Shown here one piece after another: positions 7,167 through 17,293 of a stretch of DNA of 64,000 nucleotides. The DNA comes from Phycisphaerales bacterium. GTDB lineage: Bacteria > Planctomycetota > Phycisphaerae > Phycisphaerales > UBA1924. The position numbers and the translations under genes were made by a program. The notes beneath the pieces were generated by a model, which searched no databases, was not told where the DNA came from, and was given only the letters and a program-made list of their open reading frames with translations. Numbering within the stretch: the stretch's first letter is position 1; every line of letters starts with the position of its first letter. The stretch is taken from positions 8,406-72,405 of the forward strand of contig DAINDF010000015.1 in NCBI GenBank assembly GCA_036732005.1, in the 5' to 3' direction.

Positions 7167-8936
7167 ATGGTCAAGGACGCGTCGGCGGAGCAGTGGGATG
7201 TCGTGATCGCGGGCGGGGGGCCCGCCGGGAGCACGACCGCGGCGCTGCTCTTGAAGTACAACCCGGGCCTTCGGGTGCTGTTGCTGGAGAAGGCGAAGCA
7301 CCCCCGCGAGCATGTGGGCGAGAGCCTGCTGCCGGGCGTGTGCGTGGTGCTCAACGAGATGGGCTGCTGGGACAAGATGGAGGCCGAGAACTTCCCCATC
7401 AAGATCGGGGCGAGCCTGACCTGGGGGAAGATGGGCGACAAGTGGGAGTTCGACTTCTACCCCGCCGAGGAGTTCGTCGACGAGCCGCGCCCGGGCAAGT
7501 ACGAGGGGCAGCGTCGCGCGACGGCGTTCCAGGTGGAGCGGAGCCGGTACGACGAGATCCTCTTCCGCCACGCCGCCGAGCTCGGCGCGGTCTGCCGCGA
7601 GGAGGTCTCGGTGGACGAGGTCATCCGGGAGGGTGACCGGGTCGAGGGGCTGCGGCTGTCGACGGGGGAGGTCGTCCGCGGGCGTCACTATGTCGACGCG
7701 ACGGGGCATGTCGGGCTGATGCGTCGGGCGATGGGGGTGGAGGTCGAGGCGCCCGAGGGGCTCCGGAATGTCGCGTTCTGGGACTACTGGGACAACGCGA
7801 AGTGGAAGGTCGAGATCGGCGTCGGCGCGACGCGCGTGATGGTGCGCAGCCTGCCCTACGGGTGGATCTGGTTCATCCCGCTCGGGCCGACCCGCGCCAG
7901 CTGCGGGCTGATCTGCCCGGCGGCGCACTACAAGGAGGAGCAGATCAGCCCGGCGGACCTCTACCACAAGGCGATCGGGGAGGAACCCGAGGTGCGCGAG
8001 CTTCTCGCCGACGCGGCGTGCGACGGGAAGGGCGAGAGGGTCTACACCACCAAGAACTGGTCGCAGCTCTCGGGGCGGCTTGTGGGCGAGAACTGGTGGC
8101 TCGCGGGCGAGACGGCGGGCTTCGCCGACCCGATCCTCGCGGCTGGGCTGACGCTGACGCACAACTCGGCGCGCGAGGTGGCGTACTCGATCCTCGAACT
8201 CGAGCGGGGCGAGCTCGACGCCGCGTGGGTCAAGCGCCGCTACGACGAGAAGCTGCGGCGGAACATCAACCAGCACATCCGGTTCGCGGAGTACTGGTAC
8301 GCGACCAACGGGTGCTTCACCGATCTCCAGGACCACTGCAAGGCGATCGCGAAGGACGCGGGCCTGCGCCTCGCGCCCAACCAGGCGTGGCGCTGGCTCG
8401 CCCAGGGCGGGTTCGCCAACGAGGACACCGGGCGGGCCTCGCTGGGCTCGTTCGATCTCGGCGCGAGCAAGTCGATCGTCGAGCGGTTCCTCGGCAAGAC
8501 GCAGGACCTGCAGATCACCAAGTACAATGTGTTCGAGCTCAACCTGCGCAACGCGACCGAGGATGTGATCGGGGAGCTCGCCGACGGGCGGATCAGGCAG
8601 GTCCCCTGCTACCGTCGGGGCGAGGCGTTCCTGCCGATGTCGGGCAACTACGGGATCATCACCAAACTCCTCGGGCGGCACTCGGACATGCGGACGATCT
8701 TCCAGGTCATCGAGAACGAGGTGAAGATGCGCGTGCCCCCCGGCGCGGTCGCGGGGCAGGTCTTCGCGTTCCTCCAGGCGCTCGAGGCGATGCTCATCGA
8801 CGGGTGGGTGCTCGGCAAGCACGACAAAAAGCGCCCGCTGCTCAAGCTCGCGCCCGTCGGCGGGCGGCTCATCCGCAGCGAAGAGGACGCCCGCGAGGCG
8901 CTCGAGCACGCCAAGGGGTCGGTCCGCTTCGCCTGA
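7167..8936 (+). CDS. FAD-dependent oxidoreductase of the flavin-dependent (tryptophan-type) halogenase family
   Basis: 589 aa. Rossmann motif VVIAGGGPAGS, then HVGESLLPG. A Lys in FPIKIGA aligns by eye with the PrnA K79 region. The WxWxIP motif is present as GWIWFIPL. GENWWLAGETAGFADPILAAGL is also present. Confidence 0.8.
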   Translation: MVKDASAEQWDVVIAGGGPAGSTTAALLLKYNPGLRVLLLEKAKHPREHVGESLLPGVCVVLNEMGCWDKMEAENFPIKIGASLTWGKMGDKWEFDFYPAEEFVDEPRPGKYEGQRRATAFQVERSRYDEILFRHAAELGAVCREEVSVDEVIREGDRVEGLRLSTGEVVRGRHYVDATGHVGLMRRAMGVEVEAPEGLRNVAFWDYWDNAKWKVEIGVGATRVMVRSLPYGWIWFIPLGPTRASCGLICPAAHYKEEQISPADLYHKAIGEEPEVRELLADAACDGKGERVYTTKNWSQLSGRLVGENWWLAGETAGFADPILAAGLTLTHNSAREVAYSILELERGELDAAWVKRRYDEKLRRNINQHIRFAEYWYATNGCFTDLQDHCKAIAKDAGLRLAPNQAWRWLAQGGFANEDTGRASLGSFDLGASKSIVERFLGKTQDLQITKYNVFELNLRNATEDVIGELADGRIRQVPCYRRGEAFLPMSGNYGIITKLLGRHSDMRTIFQVIENEVKMRVPPGAVAGQVFAFLQALEAMLIDGWVLGKHDKKRPLLKLAPVGGRLIRSEEDAREALEHAKGSVRFA

Positions 8937-8981
8937 ACGCGGGGCCGGGCCCGCTCACGCCGCCCCCGGGCCCCGTGCGCG

Positions 8982-9284
8982 TCAGACCAGGAACGCCAGC
9001 GCCAGCAGCGACACGGCGACCATGCCCACCCCCGCGGCGTAGAACGGGGCGACCCAGCGGTTGAACCGCTCGCTCAGATAGGTCGCGGGCGCAGCCAGCA
9101 GGCCGAGCACGATCGGGCCGAGCATCGTCGCGAGCACGGCGGTTCGCACGGGCGGCTTCATCGGCGGGTGCACCTTGGCGGCGACGACCAGGGCGAGATA
9201 GGCCAACCCCAGCGCCACCGCCGCGATGACCGCGATGCGGCGCTGCCGGGCGAGGGCCGCGGGATCGTCTGCTCGCTTTGGCAT
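8982..9284 (-). CDS. small membrane protein, hypothetical
   Basis: 100 aa with ATG at 9284. Three hydrophobic helices (IAVIAAVALGLAYLALVVAA, LATMLGPIVLGLLAAPA, VGMVAVSLLALAFLV). It lies 22 nt downstream of ggt on the same strand. Confidence 0.6.
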   Translation of the reverse strand: MPKRADDPAALARQRRIAVIAAVALGLAYLALVVAAKVHPPMKPPVRTAVLATMLGPIVLGLLAAPATYLSERFNRWVAPFYAAGVGMVAVSLLALAFLV

Positions 9285-9306
9285 CGCGGTCCATCGCCTC
9301 CGCCTG

Positions 9307-10947
9307 TCAGAACCCCACGGCCTGCCCGTCGCTGCGCTGGTCGCTCGCGGCGAGATAGCCCCGCAAGCCCGCGCCGGCGTCGTCGAGGCGGTAGATGATC
9401 TGCCCGCGCCCGTGCGAGACGGTGCGCCGCTCGGCCCGGGTCACCTCGTGGCCCATCTCGCTCAGCCTCGAGTAGACCCTCTCATCGAACCCGGGCTCGA
9501 TGTTCACCGCGAGCGCCTTCTCGATCTGGAATCGCGGGGCGTCGAGGGCGGCCTGCGGGTTCTGCTTGAAATCGGCGATGCGGACGAGCACCTGCGCGTG
9601 CCCCTGGGGCTGCATGTAGCCCCCCATCACGCCGAAGGACATCACGGGCTCGTCGTTGCCGTCGGCGCCCTTGCGGGTGACGAACCCGGGGATGATCGTG
9701 TGGTACGGGCGCTTCGAGGGGCCCGGGCGGTTGGGGTGGTTCTCCTCCAGGGTGAAGCAGCAGCCCCGGTTCTGGAGCGAGATGCCCGTGCCGGGGATTA
9801 CCACGCCCGAGCCGAACCCGGTGTAGTTCGACTGGATGTAGGAGACCATGTTGCCCTCCGCGTCGGCGGCGGTGAGGTAGATCGTCCCGCCGGGCTTGGG
9901 CGTTCCGTGCTTGAAATCGGTCGCGCGATTCGGGTCGATGAGCCGCGCCCGCGTCGCGAGGTACGCGCCGTCGAGCATCGCCTCGGGCGTTGTGTCCATG
10001 AACTCGGGGTCGGCGATGAACCGGTGGGCATCGCGGAAGGCGAGCTTCATCGCCTCGATCTGCAGGTGCAGACACTCGGGGGAGTCGGGGTCCATCGAGG
10101 CGAGGTCGAAGTGCCGCAGGATCCCCAGCGCGATGCACGCGGTGATGCCCTGCCCGCTCGGGGGGATCTCGTGCAGCGTGTGCCCCCGGTACTCGAGGTG
10201 CACCGTGCGCACCCAATCGGCCTTGTGGGCCTCGAGATCACCCCGACGCAGCAGCCCCCCACCGGCCTTGGCCGCGGCGTCCATCCGGTCCGCGAGTTCG
10301 CCCGCGTAGAAGGCCCGCCCGTTCGTCTCGGCGATCGCGGCGAGCGTCTCGGCGTGGTGCGGCAGGCGGACGAGGTCGCCCGTCTTCGGGGGCGCGCCGC
10401 CCGGCGCGAAGGTCGCGTGCCAATCGGGGAACTTCTCGCGGTCGTACGCGCGCGCGCCGCGGTTCCAGTAGTACGCGGTCTGCGGGCTCAGCAGGAAGCC
10501 GTCCCGCGCGTAGCGGATCGCGGGCTCGGCCAGCGTCGTCATGGGCAGCGTGCCGTGCTGCTCGGCGAGCGCGACCCAGGCCGAGACCGCGCCCGGCGTG
10601 GTGACGCCCCCCCAGCCGTAGTACGGGATGGCGTCCAGGCCCGCGAATCGCGACCGAGCCTCGTCCTCGGTCAGCAGCGCGGGTGAGCGCCCCGACGCGT
10701 TCAGGCCGTGCAGCCCCCCGCCGGCCCAGGCGATGGCGAACGCGTCGGACCCGATCCCGTTGCTCGTCGGCTCGACGACGGTGAGGCACATCGCCGTGGC
10801 GACCGCGGCGTCAAAGGCGTTGCCCCCCCTGCGGAGCATCTCCAGCCCGGCCTGGGCGGCGAGGGGCTGGCTGGTGGCCACACAGTTGCGGGCGAAGACG
10901 GGCTGGCGCTGGGACGGGTACGGCAGGCTGTCGTCGAATGGGAGCAT
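9307..10947 (-). CDS. ggt: gamma-glutamyltransferase family protein
   Basis: ATG at 10947 (MLPFDDSLPYP). Motifs GGNAFDAAVA, EPTSNGIGSD, nucleophile region KPGGTIYLTAAD, GFGSGVV and MSFGVMGG. No signal peptide is evident. The ORF is open upstream to 11865, but that part overlaps the msr gene and looks spurious. Confidence 0.9.
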   Translation of the reverse strand: MLPFDDSLPYPSQRQPVFARNCVATSQPLAAQAGLEMLRRGGNAFDAAVATAMCLTVVEPTSNGIGSDAFAIAWAGGGLHGLNASGRSPALLTEDEARSRFAGLDAIPYYGWGGVTTPGAVSAWVALAEQHGTLPMTTLAEPAIRYARDGFLLSPQTAYYWNRGARAYDREKFPDWHATFAPGGAPPKTGDLVRLPHHAETLAAIAETNGRAFYAGELADRMDAAAKAGGGLLRRGDLEAHKADWVRTVHLEYRGHTLHEIPPSGQGITACIALGILRHFDLASMDPDSPECLHLQIEAMKLAFRDAHRFIADPEFMDTTPEAMLDGAYLATRARLIDPNRATDFKHGTPKPGGTIYLTAADAEGNMVSYIQSNYTGFGSGVVIPGTGISLQNRGCCFTLEENHPNRPGPSKRPYHTIIPGFVTRKGADGNDEPVMSFGVMGGYMQPQGHAQVLVRIADFKQNPQAALDAPRFQIEKALAVNIEPGFDERVYSRLSEMGHEVTRAERRTVSHGRGQIIYRLDDAGAGLRGYLAASDQRSDGQAVGF

Positions 10948-11137
10948 GGGCAGAGCGTACCCGCGAAGCCGGGGCCCGCGATTTGAGTTGGGTTGTGTTT
11001 GGGCTCGGGCCAGCGACGGAAATACAATGAGGCGGATGGGCGTTCGATCTCGGCAAGCACGCCGGTGCATCGCCGACTCAATCCGGGGCGATTCGATCCG
11101 GAAAGTTCGATCACTACGCGGACCCGATGGAGCACGC

Positions 11138-12232
11138 ATGAACAAGACGCAACTCCTGCTCGCGCTCGGCACGGCGGCCCTCGTGGTCGCCGCGGTTGTC
11201 CGCGTCGCCACCATCGAGCCGCCGCGCCCCGGGATGCGGACCATTGTTCCAACCGCCGGGCCCGCCGGCGCTCCGGAGGACGACCACAGCATGACCGCCC
11301 CCACACCCGAGTACTCCAAGAGCGGCCACCGCATCGCCGACTTGCCGAAGGACGAGGTCGAGCGCCTCGCCGCGCGGCTCACCGAGGAGGAACGCCGGAT
11401 CCTCCTCGACCACGGCACCGAGCCCCCCTTCTGCGGCACCCTGCTCGACAACAAGAAGGAGGGGGTGTATGTCTGCCGGCTGTGCGGGCTGCCGCTGTTC
11501 TCCTCCGACGCGAAGTTCACCAGCGGCACGGGCTGGCCCTCGTTCTTCAAGCCGTTCGACACGGCCCACATCCGCAACATCGAGGACCGGTCGTACGGCA
11601 TGGTGCGCGTCGAGATCCGCTGCCAGCGTTGCGACGGGCACCTCGGGCATGTCTTCCCCGACGGGCCCGAGCCCACGGGGCTGCGGTACTGCCTGAACTC
11701 GGCCTCGCTCGAGTTCCACGAGAAGGGCCAACCCCTGCCCGAGGCGTCGCGCCCCGTCGCGACGGAGACGGCGTACTTCGCCGGGGGGTGCTTCTGGGGC
11801 GTGGAGGACCGCTTCCAGCAGGTGCCCGGGGTGATCGACGCGGTGAGCGGGTACCAGGGCGGCACGGTCGAGAACCCGACCTACAAGCAGGTCTGCTCCA
11901 AGGACACGGGGCACGCGGAGAGCGTGCGCGTGGTCTTCGACCCCGCGCGGGTGACCTACCGCGAGTTGCTGGAGCGCTTCTTCGAGTTCCACAACCCCAC
12001 GCAGCTCAACCGCCAGGGACCGGACATCGGCACGCAGTACCGCAGCGCGATCTTCCCGTCCAGCGACGAGCAGCGGTCGCTCGCCGAGACCTTCCTCGCC
12101 GAGCAGAACGCGGAGGGCCGCTGGGCGGGCCGCGTCGTGACGAAGATCGAGCCCTTCGCCCCGTTCTACGAGGCGGAGGAGTACCACCAGGACTACAACG
12201 CCAGGCACGGCCGGAGTTGCCCGATCCCGTGA
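11138..12232 (+). CDS. msrAB: bifunctional methionine sulfoxide reductase, MsrB domain then MsrA domain, with N-terminal signal anchor
   Basis: ATG at 11138. N-terminus is MNKTQLLLALGTAALVVAAVV. MsrB motifs: CRLCGLPLF, GWPSFF, CQRCDGHLGHVF, RYCLNS. MsrA motifs: GGCFWGVE, GHAESV, QGPDIGTQYRS, EEYHQDY. Confidence 0.92.
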   Translation: MNKTQLLLALGTAALVVAAVVRVATIEPPRPGMRTIVPTAGPAGAPEDDHSMTAPTPEYSKSGHRIADLPKDEVERLAARLTEEERRILLDHGTEPPFCGTLLDNKKEGVYVCRLCGLPLFSSDAKFTSGTGWPSFFKPFDTAHIRNIEDRSYGMVRVEIRCQRCDGHLGHVFPDGPEPTGLRYCLNSASLEFHEKGQPLPEASRPVATETAYFAGGCFWGVEDRFQQVPGVIDAVSGYQGGTVENPTYKQVCSKDTGHAESVRVVFDPARVTYRELLERFFEFHNPTQLNRQGPDIGTQYRSAIFPSSDEQRSLAETFLAEQNAEGRWAGRVVTKIEPFAPFYEAEEYHQDYNARHGRSCPIP

Positions 12233-12261
12233 TCCGACCTTCCGGGGGCGGATCACGCCGA

Positions 12262-12295
12262 GCGCCCGGGTTCGCGCCCGGGCGTTCTTGTTTTT
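12262..12295 (+). terminator. rho-independent terminator after the msr gene
   Basis: GCCCGGG-TTCGCG-CCCGGGC hairpin followed by GTTCTTGTTTTT, 30 nt after the stop codon. Confidence 0.6.
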
Positions 12296-12644
12296 GCACA
12301 GCCCGGCGGGGTTGATTCCGGTTCGCTTTCAAACCCCTGCCCGACGAGCCGCGGGCGCGGGCCCGCGGACCTTTGTTTCCGGGCCGCCTCACCGGCTTGC
12401 GTCTCCGCCTCGCCCGAGTTTCGATCGACTCCCGTATGACAGGCACCGTTGATCGGCGGCGGTGATCGCGGGGATTCCCTTGATCGATACGGATTGCGCG
12501 GCCGCGCCCCGCGATTGCGGTCTGCCTCCGTGCGGCGCGCCGGAGAATCCCGTTCGAAGAGTCACGGGCCGTCCGCGTCCTGCACGCCGGACCCGTGCCG
12601 CGGCGGCCCACGAGGCGGGCGTTGCCCCGCCGAAGGAGCCTGTC

Positions 12645-13841
12645 ATGGAACTCCGCACGACCACAATGAGGATCGCTGCAACGGCGACGGCCGCGTCGCT
12701 GGTCTTGGCCTCCGCCAGCGCCGCCGTCGAGCAACCCTGCGATCCGATTCTTGTAGGCCAAACGGACACCCCCGCCTCGGACTATGCCGTCGCCATTGAA
12801 GGGCGGTACGCGTTCGTGTGCGACCTCAGTCGCAATGCCTTTGTCCGTCATGGCCTTGTCGTACTCGACATCGACAACCCGAGCGCACCCACACAGGTCG
12901 GCTGGGTCGAGTTGCCCGATGACCCTTGGGACCTCGTCGTGGATGCCGGACTGGCCTATGTGGCCGCCGGGGAAGATGGGCTCGTGGTCGTCGATGTCTC
13001 CGATCCGGCCCTGCCCGTGATCATCGGGGCCAGGGGCGGACCGACCCACGCAAAAGGGATCGACATCGCTGGCCACTTTGCTTATGTCGCCGGCGGGCGG
13101 AACGACGGGCTTTGGATCTACGACATCGCAGACCCTGCAGACCCGGCCGTGGTTGCCTACCTCGCGCTGCCGCAGGATGCCTACAAGGTGAGGGTCCGAG
13201 ACGGCCTGGCGTATGTCGCGGCCCTCGGGGCGGGGCTGCAGATCGTCGATGTCGGCAACCCCCTCGCCCCGTTCATCGTGGGGGTGTTCGACGCCGGCGA
13301 CCCCGTGAACGACATCGCGTTGGGCGACACAACGGCGGTGCTCGCCTGCGGAGAACCGGCGGGCCTCCGCACCATCGACATCTCCGACCCCGCTTGGCCC
13401 ACCGAGATCGCTCGGCATTCCTTCGTGGAATACAGGTCAGCGTACGGTGTCACCGCCCGAGGGACGATCGCCGTGGTCGGAACTCAATACGGCGTGCACA
13501 TCATGGACCTGGCGGACCCCGCGGCGCCCAACGAAATCGGCCTGTACCCCCTCACCGGCGCCTCGGCGCACCGGGCGATCCTGGACGGCAATCTGGCCTA
13601 TGTGCCGGTCCGCGGCGCGGGCCCGATCGTGCTGGATCTCACGGGCTGCTTCGACGCCACCACCCCCTGCAACGCCGCCGACTTCGCCCCGCCCTTCGGC
13701 GTGCTCGATCAGGCCGATGTCGCCGTGTTCGTTGGCGCCTTCCTCTCGGGTGATCCCGCGGTGGACCTCGACGCCAACGCGATCCACGAGCTGCGCGACC
13801 TCATCGCCTTCGTCGACGCGTTCGTCTCGGGCTGCCCGTGA
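12645..13841 (+). CDS. secreted LVIVD-repeat beta-propeller protein with C-terminal Cys...GCP dockerin-like module
   Basis: ATG at 12645 preceded by GGAG. Signal peptide MELRTTTMRIAATATAASLVLASASA. Repeats of the type LAYVAAGEDGLVVVDVSDPALPV, AYVAGGRNDGLWIYDIADPADP and LAYVAALGAGLQIVDVGNPLAP. Ends CNAADFAPPFGVLDQADVAVFVGAF...LRDLIAFVDAFVSGCP. Confidence 0.85.
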   Translation: MELRTTTMRIAATATAASLVLASASAAVEQPCDPILVGQTDTPASDYAVAIEGRYAFVCDLSRNAFVRHGLVVLDIDNPSAPTQVGWVELPDDPWDLVVDAGLAYVAAGEDGLVVVDVSDPALPVIIGARGGPTHAKGIDIAGHFAYVAGGRNDGLWIYDIADPADPAVVAYLALPQDAYKVRVRDGLAYVAALGAGLQIVDVGNPLAPFIVGVFDAGDPVNDIALGDTTAVLACGEPAGLRTIDISDPAWPTEIARHSFVEYRSAYGVTARGTIAVVGTQYGVHIMDLADPAAPNEIGLYPLTGASAHRAILDGNLAYVPVRGAGPIVLDLTGCFDATTPCNAADFAPPFGVLDQADVAVFVGAFLSGDPAVDLDANAIHELRDLIAFVDAFVSGCP

Positions 13842-13864
13842 GCCGATCGCCCCGCGCCGTGGGA

Positions 13865-16210
13865 TCAGCCCCGCTTCTTGTAGTTCCTGGGCTTGGGCTC
13901 GGGCTTGGCGGTGTTCTGCACGCGCTTCGACCCGCCCTGCTGCTGGGCGCGGAGTTGCTGCTGCTGCTCGGCCACTTCCTGGAGCCGGGCGAAGAAGCCC
14001 CCCTTGCCCGCCTCGCGCTTCTTGAGTTTCTCGGCCTTGATCTTGTCGAGATCGAGCAGGCCCTGCTTCTCGGCGCTCGAGCGGATGTGCTTGTTCTCGA
14101 TGATGGCCAGGGCCGAGTTGGTGATGAAGTAGACGCACAGGCCGGAGGGCGCCCCGTACATGAACAGCGGCATCATGATCGGGAACATGATCCTCATGAT
14201 CTTCTGCTGCTGCTCCTGCTCGGGCGTCATCGAGGCCGACGGCGGGGGCGAGAGGTACTTCTGGTGGGCCCAGAAGAGGACCGCCATCAGGATGGGCAGC
14301 AGGTTGATCGACTCGATCCGCCCGTAGACGCTGCCCACGAAGGGCGGGGTGAAGTGCATGAACGACGGCAGCGGCAGCGCCGCGTCCGGGCTCGAGAGGT
14401 CGGCGAGGAACTTCCAGTTCCCCCCGCTGATCGCCTGGAAGACGCCCCAGAACCCGGGCTCGTGCCGCATCTCCGCCGCGAAGTAGAGCGTCGCGTAGAG
14501 CGCGATCCAGACCGGGCTCTGCAGGAACATCGGCAGGCAGCCCAGCGCCCCCGCCGGGTTGATGCCCTCTTCCTTCCAGAGCCGGGCCATCTCCTGCTGG
14601 AGCCGCTGCTGGTCGTCCTTGTATTTCTCCCTGAGTTTCTGCTGCTTGGGCGCGATCTCCTGCATCTGCTTGCCGAACCGCTGCAGGCGGATCTGGCTCC
14701 ACCGCGTGATCGGGTGCAGCGCCGTGCGCACGATCAGCACCAGGATGATGATCGCCGCCGCCCAGTCGCCCGTCACGCTGTGCGCCCCGTTGAGCACCCA
14801 GAACAGCACATGCGTGAGCCACCCGAAGGTGCACAGCTCGCCGCAGAAGCCCCCGAAGTTGTAGACGATCAGGCCCCCGAGGTTGAGCGACTCGGCCAGC
14901 GCGTCCCCCGTCAGCGAGCTCTTGAGCAGCGGGCCCGCGAACAGCCCGGTCGCGACCTCCGAGACCCCGCCCGCCGCGATCCGCTCGGGCGACCCGGTGA
15001 TCCGCGTCACCATCACCGCCTCTTCCGGACGCGGCGCGTACGGGTTCAGCACCAGCCGGTCGATCCGCTCCACCTGCCGGAAGAGCTTCTCCCCACCCCC
15101 GGGCTGCACGATCGCCGGGTCGAACACGGGGTGCAGCGCCACCGCGAAATACCGCCCGCTGAACGCCGCCCACACCAGACGCTGGCCCTTGTCCTGCGTC
15201 GCGGGCGTCGGCCAGACCGACTGCTCCGAGGCGTACCGCTTGTAGCCGTTCGCGTCCGCCGTGCGCTCCCCGAGCACCTTGATCCGGCCGCGCAGGTCGT
15301 GGTCCGCGGTCACCGCGTCGCTGCCCGCCTGCTGCGGCTCGCTCAGCAGATACCCGAACCGCACGCGCCGCTTGTCGCCCCCATACCGCGTCTGCGGCTC
15401 GGGCAGGTCGATCGGGCCCGTCTCGAACCAGCGGACCACCAGGGGCTCGGCGGTCAGGTTCTCCGACTTCCGCGTCAGCACCATCCTGAAGGTGTCGGGC
15501 AGCAGCTCGAACCGCCGCTCGAGGCGGAGCACCCCGCGCCCGCTCCCGTCCTCGATGATCGCCTCGAACGCCCCGGGCACGCCCTCCACCGGCCGCCACA
15601 GCCCGGGCGACGCGAGGTTCACCGAGCCCGGGTGCCCGTCGACGGTCACCGCGAGCGCGGCGAACGGCACCGCGGTCAGGCTCGACATGCCGGGCCGCTC
15701 GACCGTGTGCTCGGCCTGGATCTCGACATGTTCGGTCGAGCCGACCTCCGTGAAGAACCCCTCGCCCAGTTTCACCGAGGCGATGCCCGCCCCGTACTCG
15801 CTGAACTCGACCTCGAGGTGGTGCCCGTCGACCCCGTCGAGTGAGCCGATGGGCGCCGGCAACCCGGGCGCCTCGAACACCCGGGCGCGGAGCCCATCGA
15901 GGCCGGGCTCCACCGGAGGCTCGGTCGTCCGCGGTTCGTCCGCTGCCGCCGGCTCGGCGGGAGCCGCCCCGCGCGCGTCGCCCGAATCCGGCGCGGCGTC
16001 CGTCGGATCAGGCGCGGCCGCCGGGGCCTCGGCGCGGTCGGGCGCCTCCGCCGGGTCGGGGGAGGGCGCTGGGTTCTCGACCCGGCCCCGCGTGCTGCTC
16101 CCCGTCTGGTTCGCGGAGTTCACCGCGACCGCGGCGACAACGCCCGCGCCGATCAGGATCGCGGCCAGAGGGATCAGGGTCCGGAGCAGCGGGTTCTTGC
16201 GCTTTGCCAT
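13865..16210 (-). CDS. yidC: membrane protein insertase YidC (long form)
   Basis: 781 aa with ATG at 16210. N-terminal TM helix, then a Pro/Ala/Asp-rich linker and a large periplasmic domain. Conserved insertase core: IIILVLIVRTALHPIT, QKLREKYKDDQQRLQQEMARLWKEEGINP, GCLPMFLQSPVWIALY, MRIMFPIMMPLFMY. Confidence 0.92.
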   Translation of the reverse strand: MAKRKNPLLRTLIPLAAILIGAGVVAAVAVNSANQTGSSTRGRVENPAPSPDPAEAPDRAEAPAAAPDPTDAAPDSGDARGAAPAEPAAADEPRTTEPPVEPGLDGLRARVFEAPGLPAPIGSLDGVDGHHLEVEFSEYGAGIASVKLGEGFFTEVGSTEHVEIQAEHTVERPGMSSLTAVPFAALAVTVDGHPGSVNLASPGLWRPVEGVPGAFEAIIEDGSGRGVLRLERRFELLPDTFRMVLTRKSENLTAEPLVVRWFETGPIDLPEPQTRYGGDKRRVRFGYLLSEPQQAGSDAVTADHDLRGRIKVLGERTADANGYKRYASEQSVWPTPATQDKGQRLVWAAFSGRYFAVALHPVFDPAIVQPGGGEKLFRQVERIDRLVLNPYAPRPEEAVMVTRITGSPERIAAGGVSEVATGLFAGPLLKSSLTGDALAESLNLGGLIVYNFGGFCGELCTFGWLTHVLFWVLNGAHSVTGDWAAAIIILVLIVRTALHPITRWSQIRLQRFGKQMQEIAPKQQKLREKYKDDQQRLQQEMARLWKEEGINPAGALGCLPMFLQSPVWIALYATLYFAAEMRHEPGFWGVFQAISGGNWKFLADLSSPDAALPLPSFMHFTPPFVGSVYGRIESINLLPILMAVLFWAHQKYLSPPPSASMTPEQEQQQKIMRIMFPIMMPLFMYGAPSGLCVYFITNSALAIIENKHIRSSAEKQGLLDLDKIKAEKLKKREAGKGGFFARLQEVAEQQQQLRAQQQGGSKRVQNTAKPEPKPRNYKKRG

Positions 16211-16231
16211 GGAGTGGGCGGGCCTTTGGGC

Positions 16232-17089
16232 TCACCGCCCGTCGTAGAGACGGTCGCCGAGCCAGTCGTGCAGTTCGGGGATGCTCTTGATCTTGTTGGC
16301 GGTCGCGTCGATGTCGTAGGGCACACGCACGAACTCGACGCCGTCCTCGCGGATGATCGCGTACGACGCCCGCGGGTCGTTGTCGCGTGGCTGCCCCACC
16401 GACCCGACATTGATCACGATCTTCTCGTCGGGGCTGAACGAATAGCGAGGGGGGTCGCCCAGCTCGCGGGGGGGGAAGAAATCCGGGTCGTTCGTGAACA
16501 CCCCGGGCACATGGGTGTGCCCGACCAGGGCGATCCGCTCGACGCGGTCGAAGATCGCGGCCATCTTCTCGGGAGAGTCCGACGCGTCGTCGGGGAAGAT
16601 GTACTCGTTGATGGGCCGTCGCGGGCTCGCGTGCACGCACAGCACGCCCGGCGCCCCGTTCTCGCCCAGCATCGGGTCGACCACCCGCACCCGCAGGCGG
16701 CCCAGGAAGTCGTACCGCGAGGCCCGGCGCGCGTCGTCCGGCTCGTTGTCGAACTGGTCCCGCGTCCAGTACGCCGCCGACTCGGCCCCCGGGTTGAAGT
16801 TCGTCGGCTCGTAGAGCACGCCGAAGTCGTGGTTGCCCATCAGGCTCCACGCGCATTTCTCGCGCACAAGGTCGACGCACTCGAGCGGATCGGGGCCGTA
16901 CCCGATGATGTCGCCCAGGCAGACGACCCGCTCGACCCCCCGCGATTCGATGTCCGCCAGCACCGCGCGGAGCGCGACGGCGTTCCCGTGGATGTCGCTG
17001 ATGACGGCGGTCGGCACGCGATCGTCTTTCCTGTTCCCGTTCCCGGGCCGACCCCCGCGGGGGTCCGGATCGTCCGCGGGGCCGCCCAT
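16232..17089 (-). CDS. metallophosphoesterase family protein
   Basis: 285 aa. Motifs [29 protein letters not shown] and GHTHVP, which are calcineurin-like phosphoesterase signatures. Confidence 0.85.
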   Translation of the reverse strand: MGGPADDPDPRGGRPGNGNRKDDRVPTAVISDIHGNAVALRAVLADIESRGVERVVCLGDIIGYGPDPLECVDLVREKCAWSLMGNHDFGVLYEPTNFNPGAESAAYWTRDQFDNEPDDARRASRYDFLGRLRVRVVDPMLGENGAPGVLCVHASPRRPINEYIFPDDASDSPEKMAAIFDRVERIALVGHTHVPGVFTNDPDFFPPRELGDPPRYSFSPDEKIVINVGSVGQPRDNDPRASYAIIREDGVEFVRVPYDIDATANKIKSIPELHDWLGDRLYDGR

Positions 17090-17293
17090 TCCGGCGGGCG
17101 ACCCAGAGGACCGTCATGCTAGGGGCCGGCCCCCTGACCGGCAACGACACCCCACGCGCTTCCCCCCCGCCCCCGCTTGAGTGGGCGTACCATCGAACCG
17201 ATCACGGTTCCGGGGCCTCCCGCGTGCGAGCGCCCCCCACGCCGCCCCGAGACGGGCGGCCCGACCGCCCCGTTCCTCGAGCCAGGGGGAGTG

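Noticed and set aside
16214-17122. 302-aa plus-strand ORF, and the 380-aa ORF at 16008-17150(-), competing with the metallophosphoesterase call.
   Set aside because: Only the 16232-17089(-) frame contains the ordered calcineurin-like motifs (DIHGN, GDxxGYG, GNHD, GHTH). The others are low-complexity.
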